This document shows positions 9,956-19,079 of a stretch of 58,278 nt of DNA, piece by piece (position 1 is the stretch's first letter; each line of letters starts with the position of its first letter). Both the position numbers and the translations under genes were made by a program. The stretch lies in NCBI GenBank assembly GCA_030637745.1, contig DAOWFX010000015.1, positions 1-58,278 of the forward strand. Reading direction: 5' to 3'. Origin of the DNA: Clostridia bacterium (GTDB lineage Bacteria; Bacillota; Clostridia; Christensenellales; UMGS416). Under the pieces are notes generated by a model that was given only the letters and a program-made list of their open reading frames with translations, made no database searches and was not told the origin of the DNA.

Positions 9956-10741
9956 TTATAGTAAATCGTATTTTTTCATAAACATATCTTGGTGTGTTTT
10001 GCTTTCTTCTTGATATTTCAATATTTCAGATTTAAAGTCTAACCTCTCGTCAGAGTTCATTTTATTCATTAGGTCAGCTAATAAAGAAGTGTTTGTAATA
10101 AGCAAAAGCTCAATATCAAATTCATTTCCTGTAGTTAAAACTATCTTATTATCAATGAATTTCGGTTTATTAATAATCTCACTGGTATTTGAGTGAACAC
10201 TATTGCATAGGTCAGAATATGCTGTGTTATATAATCCTTCAAGTTTAGCCAATTTAGCAATTCTTCTATTATCATATTCAGATTTCTTTTTTTTACCTGT
10301 CACTGGTATAACATATTCTTCTACAGATTTTTTTTGAGAATCAGTCAAGTATCTTTTTGCTGCTATTAAATTTTTTTGTTGTTTAATCTCTTCATACTTT
10401 TGTTGTTCTAGGTAATAATTATAATATTTATCATCATTATTTATAGCATAGAATTTAAAATATGCTTCCATTAACACTCTGCTAATTGACCTTGCATCTG
10501 AGTAAAGACCCTTTGTACATAAAATAATAGTCGACTGAAATGACTCTATAATTTTATGGTAAAATGATATTAGTATAATCTTTTTTTTATCATTTATTTG
10601 TACTCTTAGTTTTGAAAGTATTGTTAGCGCTAATGAATTTACTTTAGTTGCTAATACTAAAATATCATCGTATTTCTCAACTGTTATTTTTCTGTAAGCT
10701 TTTTGTGTTTCTTCAAATAGATCATCGATAACAAACGGCAT
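9956..10741 (-). CDS. Hypothetical protein, DUF5677-like (HEPN-related), very AT-rich
   Basis: 261-aa ORF with AGGAG RBS; SRVLMEA and YSDLCNSVHSN motifs. Confidence 0.6.
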   Translation of the reverse strand: MPFVIDDLFEETQKAYRKITVEKYDDILVLATKVNSLALTILSKLRVQINDKKKIILISFYHKIIESFQSTIILCTKGLYSDARSISRVLMEAYFKFYAINNDDKYYNYYLEQQKYEEIKQQKNLIAAKRYLTDSQKKSVEEYVIPVTGKKKKSEYDNRRIAKLAKLEGLYNTAYSDLCNSVHSNTSEIINKPKFIDNKIVLTTGNEFDIELLLITNTSLLADLMNKMNSDERLDFKSEILKYQEESKTHQDMFMKKYDLL

Positions 10742-10835
10742 AAAAGTTCTCCTTAATCAGACTAATTAACCTATGCTCATTTAATCACTTTATTTCTTAA
10801 ATTTCAAATTCCTCTTAAAATGGTGGTCGACAACA

Positions 10836-11240
10836 TTATATTATTACGCCTGCCTGATGTTTCATTAAATATACATGTTCTTCTTTGAGCAGTTTCTTAA
10901 TCTCCCCAATATCATCCGCTGTAATATCCGGTATTTCAAGTGCACTCGTCCCACAATGGTATTTGACTTTGCCATCGGGAAGTATGTATGTATACACATG
11001 CGTATTCGCTTAACCTGCGCAAAAAGCACAATCATCATCTATACAACGTGCAATGCGCATAGGATATTTAACAATAGCTGCACGAATAATGTCGGTAAAC
11101 CTTTGCGAATACTCTCTACAAGCAGAAAACCGCAGAGCGAAGAACGGAAGATGTTCTTTGTTTCTCTTAAAACCGATTATCGCGATTTGCTTATTATGCT
11201 GGTCATGCTTAAATACTATATTGGACCTTTGTTTTTTCTC
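10836..11240 (-). pseudogene. 5'-truncated, nonsense-mutated paralog of the gene at 13228-13746
   Basis: Co-linear nucleotide similarity to 13228-13630; in-frame GAA>TAA at 11010-11012; no cognate start. Confidence 0.9.
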
Positions 11241-11334
11241 CCAGTGATACCAAGATCGGTTTTATGGGAGCGCCACAATCGGGACACATCTCTCTGCCCG
11301 GAGGCGCATCTTTGCTGCAATTTGGACAGCTCAT
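11209..11334 (-). CDS. 41-aa zinc-ribbon ORF, probably the remnant 5' end of a longer gene
   Basis: AAGGAAGTGA RBS then MSCPNCSKDAPPGREMCPDCGAPIKPILVSLGEKTKVQYSI*; CxxC..CxxC; below the ORF-track cutoff. Confidence 0.7.
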   Translation of the reverse strand: MSCPNCSKDAPPGREMCPDCGAPIKPILVSLGEKTKVQYSI

Positions 11335-11349
11335 ATGTGATCACTTCCT

Positions 11350-12099
11350 TTATAGAATTAGATCCAACTCATGTGCAACACCGTCGAATTTCTTGTATTC
11401 GTGAGGAATATTCAATGAATCTAAATATAAATGTATAATTTCATTGTCGCAAAATAATACATCAGATGTTCCAACATGAATACTAATTTGTAAGTTACCA
11501 CGTATTTTGTCTGCGTTTTGCCTTATGAAATATAAAACATTATTTTTCTCTAAGTATCTTTCTTCTCTTATCATATTTTCATACAATTCGGTAGCTTTTT
11601 CTGGTGCCACCCCCACAGTGTGGGAATCTTTGTGAAAAAAATGGTGGAATGTGCCTGCATATGCGGTTACCGAAGCAAACAGTTCGGGATGTTTAACGAA
11701 GCAATAAAATGCCATTGCACCGCCCATTGAGAAACCTGAAATCTCTCTGTTTTTACCGCGTGGAATTGTCCTGTACTTTTCGTCTATGTATGGTATTAAT
11801 TCGCCAATGAGCATTTTTTCAACAGGTAAACTATCAATATCATCAATAACAGGTGAACTGTTTGGAAAAACGGTAATAGCCCGTCTGTTTTCATATGCTT
11901 TCTCCATTGGCCATACTTCGGACGATTCGTTGCCTCTCCAACCATGAAGATGATACGCAACTGGATATTTATCGTTGTTTTCTTCATAACCAGGAGGCAG
12001 ATAAATACTATAGCCGATTTCGTGATTATATAATTGGCTAAAAAATGTTTTATGGGTAACATTTTGAGGTGATTTTTTCGGTGGATTAATAAAATTCAT
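11350..12099 (-). CDS. Putative esterase (alpha/beta hydrolase, Fes/XynZ-like)
   Basis: YLPPGY..YPVAYHLHG, GFSMGG nucleophile elbow, VGTSD, C-terminal His. Confidence 0.88.
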   Translation of the reverse strand: MNFINPPKKSPQNVTHKTFFSQLYNHEIGYSIYLPPGYEENNDKYPVAYHLHGWRGNESSEVWPMEKAYENRRAITVFPNSSPVIDDIDSLPVEKMLIGELIPYIDEKYRTIPRGKNREISGFSMGGAMAFYCFVKHPELFASVTAYAGTFHHFFHKDSHTVGVAPEKATELYENMIREERYLEKNNVLYFIRQNADKIRGNLQISIHVGTSDVLFCDNEIIHLYLDSLNIPHEYKKFDGVAHELDLIL

Positions 12100-12169
12100 T
12101 TTTCTTGCTCCTCATTTAACTAGTTCTTCAATTAAGTGTAAGGCTCTCAAGTTAAGCCGTATTTTTTCG

Positions 12170-12225
12170 TCACCTATGCAACCTTCAACGATGGCAATAC
12201 CAGCACTTACTCCGACTTCTGTCGT
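12170..12225 (-). repeat. Degenerate duplicate of the deoC 3' end (att-like direct repeat)
   Basis: 18-nt exact match ACCTTCAACGATGGCAAT at 12181-12198 and 14492-14509; copy reads [18 protein letters not shown] vs Deo[19 protein letters not shown]. Confidence 0.85.
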
Positions 12226-12268
12226 CTCCACTGCAAACTGTACCTAAAACAAATCAAGTAAGACGCTT

Positions 12269-12691
12269 CTATTTACCATTAAGGAAACATACAATATTGC
12301 CATCCAAATCCCGAAAATGCATTGAACGTGCACCCCAAGGGTATGTCGTCGGAACGGCAACAAACGTAATATCCATGTTTAAGGATTTTAGCCTATCATA
12401 CTCAGCATCAACATCTTCTACGAGAAAACTGAATGTGCTCATTCCTGTCCCATGATATTTGCTGAAATCAAACCCCATATCGCGTTCAGCAGCGGATTTT
12501 GAATAAATTGCTATACCACCACCATCTACTGTTATCTCAACATGAACATCATTAATATCGGTTTTAGTTTGCAAAACTTTTTGATAAAATTCTGTAAGCT
12601 TTGGAACATCTTCCGTAATCAAGCCAATACACTTCATGAATTCCATTACATTTCCTCCTGTTTTAATATGCCTAAATTCCACGTTTAACAA
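12269..12691 (-). CDS. VOC/glyoxalase family protein (real start likely MEFMK, ~12646)
   Basis: FYQKVL, FLVEDVDAEYDRL, PWGARSMHFRDLDGN. Confidence 0.88.
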   Translation of the reverse strand: MLNVEFRHIKTGGNVMEFMKCIGLITEDVPKLTEFYQKVLQTKTDINDVHVEITVDGGGIAIYSKSAAERDMGFDFSKYHGTGMSTFSFLVEDVDAEYDRLKSLNMDITFVAVPTTYPWGARSMHFRDLDGNIVCFLNGK

Positions 12692-12710
12692 ACTATTTCA
12701 AAAAATATTT

Positions 12711-13081
12711 TTATACTGAAATCCACCATGTTACACCAAATTTATCAATCACAGAAGCACAATAAGAACTCCACGGTACTGCTCCTATTGGTTCTTTGAC
12801 AGTTCCGCTTTTACTTAACATATTAAATGCTTCAAGCACCTCGGCTTCATTATCAAAATTAACACCAAAAGAAATGATTTGCTTTTTTGCATCAAATCAT
12901 GTATCAAGCCAACTACACCAAAAACCACTTCGCCATCTTTTTTTAATTCTGCGTGCTGATATGTTCCATCAGGGAATTTTTCATAAAAACCCAGTTCCAG
13001 TCCAAATACTTTCTTGTAAAACGCCACAGCTTCTACATTGTTTTTAATAGCGATCCCAACTCCAAATTTTCTCATTCCCAT
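12711..13081 (-). pseudogene. Frameshifted PhnB-like VOC protein, paralog of 13773-14159
   Basis: N-half MGMRKFGVGIAIK..; after a 1-nt loss near 12895 another frame continues DAKKQIISFGVNFDNE..PWSSYCASVIDKFGVTWWISV*. Confidence 0.85.
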
Positions 13082-13208
13082 GATGAACTCTCCACTTATT
13101 AATATTCATTACTATGATACTCTAACTTGTCTTGTTTATTCTATATTCCATGTCTAGCCAATTATTTCATGAAACAGAATATAGAATGATTTATTAAAAC
13201 ATAGCAAG
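13074..13208 (-). repeat. Duplicated upstream leader (partner 14152-14265; core also at 12673-12703)
   Basis: Shared ATATTCATTACT.TGATA, TGTCTTG.TTAT, ATTCCA.GTCTAGCCAATTATTTCATGAAA and AAACATAGCAAG blocks. Confidence 0.88.
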
Positions 13209-13227
13209 GTGATAAAATCATATAGTG

Positions 13228-13746
13228 TTATATAATTATACCTGCCTGATGTTTCATCAAATATACATGTTCTTCTTTGATCAGTTTCTTGATCTCCTCA
13301 ATATCATCTGCAGTAATGTACGGTATTTCAAGTGCGGATGCACCGCAATGGTATTTGACCTTACCATCGGAAGGTATGTATGTATACACATGCGTATCCG
13401 CTTCACCTGCGCAATAAGCACAATCATCATCTATACAACGTGCTACGCGAGTAGGATACTTAACAATAGCTGCACTAATAATATCAGTAAACCTTTTCGA
13501 ATACCCTCTGCAAGCAGAAAACCTCAAGGCGAAGAATGGAAGATGTTCTTTGTTTCTCCTGAAGCCGATTTTTGAGATTTGCTTGTTATGCTGGTCGTGT
13601 TTAAATATGATATTTGACCTTTGCTTTTGTGGATTATAACCGAGGTCAGACAAATGCATGATGATATCTTGATATAACGGTCTGATTTCATCATCAAGCA
13701 TTGATAAAAATGAATTGACCAATTCCTCTTGTTTTTTTGTATTCAT
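13228..13746 (-). CDS. Conserved hypothetical protein with Cys cluster (CIDDDCAYC..HC), possibly metal-binding
   Basis: ORF track 13228-13791, likely start MNTKK at 13746; the diverged paralog at 10836-11240 supports coding status. Confidence 0.75.
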   Translation of the reverse strand: MNTKKQEELVNSFLSMLDDEIRPLYQDIIMHLSDLGYNPQKQRSNIIFKHDQHNKQISKIGFRRNKEHLPFFALRFSACRGYSKRFTDIISAAIVKYPTRVARCIDDDCAYCAGEADTHVYTYIPSDGKVKYHCGASALEIPYITADDIEEIKKLIKEEHVYLMKHQAGIII

Positions 13747-13772
13747 CGTAGATAAGTATCCTTTTAAAATTA

Positions 13773-14159
13773 TTAGACTGCAATCCACCAAAACACACCA
13801 TACTTATCAATTAAGTTGGAACAGTATTCATTCCAGGGACATGGGCAGGGACCATCAAATACATGTCCTCCTTCACTTAAAATATCATATGCCTTTTTTA
13901 CTGCTTCTTTGCTTCCTAAACACATATTCATCGCCATGGTTTGCCATTTGTCCTTGTTGCCAAAAAAAGTGTCAATTGGCGCTTCTGCAATCGCCATGAA
14001 TTGTTCTCCATCAATAAACAATACGCAATGCGCGTACGATTTATTATCTTTATCTAATATTTTTTGGCTTATTTCTGCACCAAAAGCTTTGCAATACATA
14101 TCTACCGCTTTAAAACTATCTTTTACATAGAGATTAACCCCAAATATTCTAAATCCCAT
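13773..14159 (-). CDS. PhnB-like VOC family protein
   Basis: AVDMYCKAFGA, YAHCVL, PWNEYCSNLIDKYGVFWWI; GGAGG RBS. Confidence 0.88.
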   Translation of the reverse strand: MGFRIFGVNLYVKDSFKAVDMYCKAFGAEISQKILDKDNKSYAHCVLFIDGEQFMAIAEAPIDTFFGNKDKWQTMAMNMCLGSKEAVKKAYDILSEGGHVFDGPCPCPWNEYCSNLIDKYGVFWWIAV

Positions 14160-14401
14160 GATTGACCCTCCTCTTGTTGATATTCATTACTGTGATATTT
14201 TATATGTCTTGCTTATACTTAAATTCCACGTCTAGCCAATTATTTCATGAAATAAACATAGCAAGATTATATCATCTTTTTACCATTTATCAAATAATAT
14301 GGAAGGTTGTTTAAGATTAATACTCTAGGTTTACTGAAAATATCATGACGCGTGTGCTGTGAATTCTATCAAACAATTAAATTATGCCTAAACATATCCA
14401 C

Positions 14402-14434
14402 AAAAAAAGTAGTCTTTGAAAAAAGACTACTTTA
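14402..14434. terminator. Intrinsic terminator downstream of deoC
   Basis: AAAGTAGTCTTT-GAA-AAAAGACTACTTT hairpin with an A7 flank (U-tract on minus strand). Confidence 0.8.
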
Positions 14435-14467
14435 TTATAATACAATAATTTTGTGATCTAAATCCGT

Positions 14468-15145
14468 TTAGTAACTATCCGCCCCTACGCCACCTTCAAC
14501 GATGGCAATGCCTGCACTTGCGCCGATGCGTGTTGCACCTGCTGTGATCATGGCGGCAGCCGTTGCGTAGTCGCGCACACCACCGGAGGCTTTGACACCC
14601 ATATCGGGACCTACCGTTTTGCGCATCAGTGCGATATCATCGGTCGTTGCACCACCGGTAGAAAAGCCTGTTGATGTCTTGACAAAGTCTGCACCCACCT
14701 TTTTGGAAAGTTCACATGCTTTGACCTTCTCATCATCGGTCAGCAAACACGTTTCGATAATGACTTTCACAATGGCTCTACCGGCTGCTACTTTGACAAC
14801 TCCTTTTATATCCTTTTCAACCAATGTCCAATTGCCAGTCTTTGCAGCACCGATATTAATCACCATATCCACTTCCTGTGCGCCCAATGAAATGACAGCA
14901 TTGGTTTCTGCTGCCTTCATAGCTGTGGTGTTTGCACCTAGTGGAAATCCAACTACGACACATGTCTTGACTTCTGTACCGTTGAGTTCATCTGCAACCA
15001 ATGCTGTATGTGTGGGATTGATGCATACACTGGCAAAACCGTATTGCTTGGCTTCATTGCATAGGGCAACAACCTGATCTATTGTGGCATTGGGCTTTAG
15101 TATGGTATGGTCTATATACTTTGCGATATTTTCTATTGTATTCAT
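14468..15145 (-). CDS. deoC: Deoxyribose-phosphate aldolase
   Basis: [45 protein letters not shown]; start taken as MNTIE at 15145. Confidence 0.97.
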   Translation of the reverse strand: MNTIENIAKYIDHTILKPNATIDQVVALCNEAKQYGFASVCINPTHTALVADELNGTEVKTCVVVGFPLGANTTAMKAAETNAVISLGAQEVDMVINIGAAKTGNWTLVEKDIKGVVKVAAGRAIVKVIIETCLLTDDEKVKACELSKKVGADFVKTSTGFSTGGATTDDIALMRKTVGPDMGVKASGGVRDYATAAAMITAGATRIGASAGIAIVEGGVGADSY

Positions 15146-15219
15146 ATTATGATCCTTAAAGTTTATTTCAATTCTATTATACCTTATTTTCATTGATATG
15201 CTAATCATATAATTTATTG

Positions 15220-15282
15220 TTGACAAATGAATATATGCAGACTATAATTACGTTATGCGATATGTCGCTTGCCGATATGTCG
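15220..15282 (+). promoter_or_regulatory. Consensus sigma-A promoter plus probable PadR operator
   Basis: TTGACA (15220-25), 17 nt, TATAAT (15243-48); tandem CGATATGTCG at 15258-67 and 15273-82. Confidence 0.8.
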
Positions 15283-15306
15283 TCAAGCAGAAAGAGAGAA
15301 CAGGAC

Positions 15307-15642
15307 ATGGTTAATTTTAAAGGAAGTACACTAACGGAGACTACGCTATATATCCTTACGGCGTTGAATGTTCCATTACATGGGTATGGTATTATAAAGG
15401 TAGTTTCGGATATGACAAAAGAACGTGTCACACTGGGTCCTGGTACACTATACGGCGCACTACAAACACTGGAGACTACTGGTGCAATCAAGACAGTTGG
15501 CAATGTTGAAGGGGGCAGAAAAAGAAAGACCTATAAGATTACTGCCTATGGAAAAAGTTTATTGGAAAAAGAACTCTTAAGACTCAGAGAATTGGTAGAA
15601 AACATTCAAATATCCATCAAGGAGAATAACAATGAACGATAA
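15307..15642 (+). CDS. PadR family transcriptional regulator
   Basis: LTETTLYIL..PLHGYGI..GPGTLYGAL..RKTYKITAYG; start placed downstream of the promoter. Confidence 0.92.
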   Translation: MVNFKGSTLTETTLYILTALNVPLHGYGIIKVVSDMTKERVTLGPGTLYGALQTLETTGAIKTVGNVEGGRKRKTYKITAYGKSLLEKELLRLRELVENIQISIKENNNER

Positions 15643-16189
15643 TATTATAACAAAAACAAGATTTCTTCCACTTTGGAAAGAGGAGAAAGAATTAAACTGG
15701 CTTGCAGGAATGTCCAAGGATGGATGGCACCTTGTAAAAAAAGGTTTTATCACCTATCACTTCCAAAAAGGAGATAGTAAGGAATATATCTATCAGTATG
15801 ATTATAAAGCACCTTCTGATAAAGATTTTGATGAGTATAAACAGCTCTATCACGATAGTGGATGGGAATATATCGATGGCTATAGCGGGTGGCATTACTT
15901 CAAGACGACACCAAACAATAAAACATCTTCGCTCTACACAGACCTTGAGTCAAAGCAAAGACACTTGAAGAAACTTCTTGCAATGATGGTCATGATCGGT
16001 GGATCTAATGCTGCGATTATCTCCACGAACATTGTTGTGTTTTCCACCATCGTGAGTGATTTTAAATCCATACCCTTGGTACTGCTTATAATGTGGGGTG
16101 TGTCCATACTGGTTGTCATAATGCTTGCATATACATCTATCAGAATCGGGCTGCAGCTCCGAAAGCTCAGAAAAAGTGTCACTGAATAA
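15632..16189 (+). CDS. DUF2812 family membrane protein
   Basis: E..WLAGMSKDGWHL, YQYDY, SGWEY, LYTD, two C-terminal TMs; usual PadR partner. Confidence 0.85.
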   Translation: MNDNIITKTRFLPLWKEEKELNWLAGMSKDGWHLVKKGFITYHFQKGDSKEYIYQYDYKAPSDKDFDEYKQLYHDSGWEYIDGYSGWHYFKTTPNNKTSSLYTDLESKQRHLKKLLAMMVMIGGSNAAIISTNIVVFSTIVSDFKSIPLVLLIMWGVSILVVIMLAYTSIRIGLQLRKLRKSVTE

Positions 16190-16260
16190 TCATTTCACAG
16201 ACATGATCATACATAATAAAAGGAGTCCAGATCGGATTCCTTTTTCTCTTTGCATATTCT

Positions 16261-16788
16261 TTAGAATTCGATTCCCTTTCTCGCCTTGACACCTTTATCA
16301 AAATAGTGCTTAACATCATTGATCTCACTTACTAGATCCGCACGGTCTATGAGTTCCTGTGGTGCATCGCGTCCTGTCATGATTACTTCAACTGTGTCTG
16401 GACGTATTGTAAGCAATGCTTGGATATCTTCAAGTGATACAATCTCATACTTGATTGCAGCCATGACTTCGTCGAGTATGATGATATCGGCTAAATCCTC
16501 TTTGAACCATTTTCGGATGTTTTGTAGCATATGCTGAGACTTTTCTTGCATATCCTTTTTCTCCTGTGCATTGAGATTCCAGATATACTTATCTGCATCG
16601 GTGACACGAAATAATGATACATTATCGAGTTTTTCTAAGGTTGTTAGCTCTCCTGTAGGACCTCCCTTTAAAAACTGTACGATATGCACTGTAAATCCAT
16701 GCCCGAGTGCACGAATGGTAAGTCCCAGTGTTGCTGTTGTTTTGCCTTTACCGTTTCCGGTGTAAATTTGAACATAGCCTTTTTTCAT
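16261..16788 (-). CDS. cobO: Cob(I)alamin adenosyltransferase, CobO/BtuR family
   Basis: YTGNGKGKTTA, QFLKG, ILDE, TGRDAP, ARKGIEF. Confidence 0.9.
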   Translation of the reverse strand: MKKGYVQIYTGNGKGKTTATLGLTIRALGHGFTVHIVQFLKGGPTGELTTLEKLDNVSLFRVTDADKYIWNLNAQEKKDMQEKSQHMLQNIRKWFKEDLADIIILDEVMAAIKYEIVSLEDIQALLTIRPDTVEVIMTGRDAPQELIDRADLVSEINDVKHYFDKGVKARKGIEF

Positions 16789-16809
16789 TATGAATCCTTC
16801 ATGCGGTGA

Positions 16810-17853
16810 TTATGATCGATATGCAATCATTCCACCTTTTAATATTTCCACATGGGAGAACCCTGCAGTAATGAGTATCTGCGCTGCTGTGGTTGCGCGC
16901 GCCCCCGATCTGCAGACGGTGACGATTTCGCGATCATTGTACTTTTGCAGTTCATCCAGTCTGTGCGTAAGTTCGCCAATGGGAATATTAATGATACCAT
17001 CAATATATCCAAGTTGGTCAATAAGCTCGCTTTTTTCACGGACATCAATGAGGATAGGACTTTCTTTTTCTTTCATCTCTTGGATGCTAATATAATGTAC
17101 TTCGATATTGGCAGTATTAGGATTGAGCGTTCCCTTGATTTCACAAGCGGGAACATCTACAGGAATCCATACAGCATTGGGGTCTGTTGCGCAGCGATAG
17201 TTTGCCTTCAAGACATCCTTCATCCAATCTGCAGGTCCAAGCTTCAGGTCGTTGATATACGATGTAAACTTTTGTTTGCTCATGTCTTTTAGGTGTGGGT
17301 TTTTGGCACGTTGATTGTCCAAAGATGATGGCGTACGCTCTCTATATTCATGCGCAGGATAGACAATAATATTGCCATCAAAGTTCTTTACCTTTTGCAA
17401 ACTGTTCCAGTGTGATTCTGCACTACCACCAGGCAGGTCATCGCGCCCTGCACCGGCATCTTCCAAGAAAAGAAAGTCACCTGTTAAGAATTTATCTTCA
17501 AATAATAATGATATGGAGTCCTTGGTGTGTCCCGGCGTCTCAATGACCTTTGCTTTTTGTCCTGCAAGAATGAGTTCATCCCCATCTTGCACGCGAATCG
17601 TCACACACTTTGCTGGTGCTATCTCGTGCATAATATACTCACAATCAGTGGCATCACGCATGGATGGTCCTGCGGAAATATGGTCTGCATGGGTATGTGT
17701 ATCCACCACATGTGTAAGCTTTAGATTGCGTTCCTTGAGCAATTTCAAATAATCACTGACATGATCAATAACTGGATCAACCAGTACAGCTTCTTTGCTA
17801 TCTGAAAGTAAATAGGTGCGACATGCAGCTGGGTTTAATTGTTCAAAACTCAT
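16810..17853 (-). CDS. MBL-fold persulfide dioxygenase-like domain fused to rhodanese
   Basis: THTHADH, TPGHT, TGD, GRDD, YPAHEY; C-terminal IDVRE..VCRSGAR. Confidence 0.88.
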   Translation of the reverse strand: MSFEQLNPAACRTYLLSDSKEAVLVDPVIDHVSDYLKLLKERNLKLTHVVDTHTHADHISAGPSMRDATDCEYIMHEIAPAKCVTIRVQDGDELILAGQKAKVIETPGHTKDSISLLFEDKFLTGDFLFLEDAGAGRDDLPGGSAESHWNSLQKVKNFDGNIIVYPAHEYRERTPSSLDNQRAKNPHLKDMSKQKFTSYINDLKLGPADWMKDVLKANYRCATDPNAVWIPVDVPACEIKGTLNPNTANIEVHYISIQEMKEKESPILIDVREKSELIDQLGYIDGIINIPIGELTHRLDELQKYNDREIVTVCRSGARATTAAQILITAGFSHVEILKGGMIAYRS

Positions 17854-17885
17854 TGTATTCTCCTATAGCTAAAATATATAATTAT

Positions 17886-18695
17886 CTATCCTAATCCGAC
17901 GTCCAACATCATCATGACTAAAAAGCCGATAACAACACCCATGGTGGCAATGTCTGAATGCCCTGAATGCGCTTCGGGAATCAACTCCTCTGCAACAACA
18001 AATATCATCGCGCCTGCTGCAAATGCCAATGCATATGGAAGTAGTGGTTGAAATATGATTACGGCGAGAGCGCCCAAGACGCCTGCAACCGGCTCAACCA
18101 TACCTGATAGTTGTCCCCAGAAAAAGCTCCTAGAACGCGACAATCCCTGTCGCCTTAACGGCACTGAGACTGCTGCACCTTCTGGAAAGTTTTGAATACC
18201 GATACCCACAGCCAATGCAATAGCTCCTGCAAGTGTTGCCCCTTCAAAATTGACTGCGACTGCACCAAAGGCTACGCCCACTGCCAAACCTTCAGGAATA
18301 TTGTGCAATGTGATAGCGCTGACTAAGAGCACACTCTTTCTCCAATTGGTGGGTATGCCCTCTTTGTGTTCTCCATCTTTGGAGATGTGCATATGTGGCA
18401 ATATTTTATCAGCTGCAAACAAAAATAGACACCCTGCACCAAAGCCAATACCAACAATCAGCCATGCAGGTTTGCCGGATGCATCTGCCATTTCAACCGC
18501 TGGTGCCAATAATGAAAAGAAACTGGCTGCAATCATTACACCACTTGCAAAGCCCAGCATGCCATCTAATACTTTTCTATTGATTTTCTTGAAAAAGAAC
18601 ACCACAGCAGCACCGAGGGCGGTCATTCCCCATGTAAATAATGTGCCAACAAGCGCCTGTATTATAGGCGATAATCCTACAAAAAAATCTACCAT
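17886..18695 (-). CDS. ZIP (GufA-like) metal transporter
   Basis: ITLHNIPEGLAVG, IQNFPEG, EELIPE. Confidence 0.93.
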   Translation of the reverse strand: MVDFFVGLSPIIQALVGTLFTWGMTALGAAVVFFFKKINRKVLDGMLGFASGVMIAASFFSLLAPAVEMADASGKPAWLIVGIGFGAGCLFLFAADKILPHMHISKDGEHKEGIPTNWRKSVLLVSAITLHNIPEGLAVGVAFGAVAVNFEGATLAGAIALAVGIGIQNFPEGAAVSVPLRRQGLSRSRSFFWGQLSGMVEPVAGVLGALAVIIFQPLLPYALAFAAGAMIFVVAEELIPEAHSGHSDIATMGVVIGFLVMMMLDVGLG

Positions 18696-18756
18696 TTTAT
18701 TCCCCTATTATTCTAGACAAATGGATGCCTATGTGACATCCATTTGTTGTCTTTAT

Positions 18757-19029
18757 TTATCTGTTTTCCCAATAGGCTTCTGCTTCTTCTTCCATCTTCT
18801 CAAGCCGAATATAGTAATCCGGAAATTCATTGAGATGTGCAAGTGCAATTTTCATAGTAATGACAGGATCATCATTGGATACGTTGGTGGATTCATCCAC
18901 TAGACCGTGCTCCAACTCAACATTCATTCCATCTGCAAGTTGTATTGCATCAAACTGTTTCCACGAAAGACCAAAATCATCGCCCATTTTCTTTGCAATA
19001 TCGGGAGTGTATACTCTCTTTTCACTCAT
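18757..19029 (-). CDS. DUF5661-like protein
   Basis: GMNVELEHG..KIALAHLNEFPDYYIRL. Confidence 0.75.
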   Translation of the reverse strand: MSEKRVYTPDIAKKMGDDFGLSWKQFDAIQLADGMNVELEHGLVDESTNVSNDDPVITMKIALAHLNEFPDYYIRLEKMEEEAEAYWENR

Positions 19030-19079
19030 TATATCCCTCCTTGGAAGTTTGCTTGAGTGTTCAATAATGTTACGTTATC

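Noticed and set aside
10875-11438. 187-aa plus-strand ORF similar to the plus-strand ORF at 13225-13575, suggesting a conserved antisense gene
   Set aside because: The similarity is the shadow of the duplicated minus-strand gene, and the two ORFs differ in start and end
12673-14252. Junction motifs as classical integron attC sites
   Set aside because: No RYYYAAC..GTTRRRY inverted structure and no intI; kept only as a non-classical candidate
15217-15306. N-terminal extensions of PadR and DeoC in the ORF track, implying overlapping divergent genes
   Set aside because: The region holds a consensus promoter and operator; downstream ATGs (15307, 15145) fit family lengths
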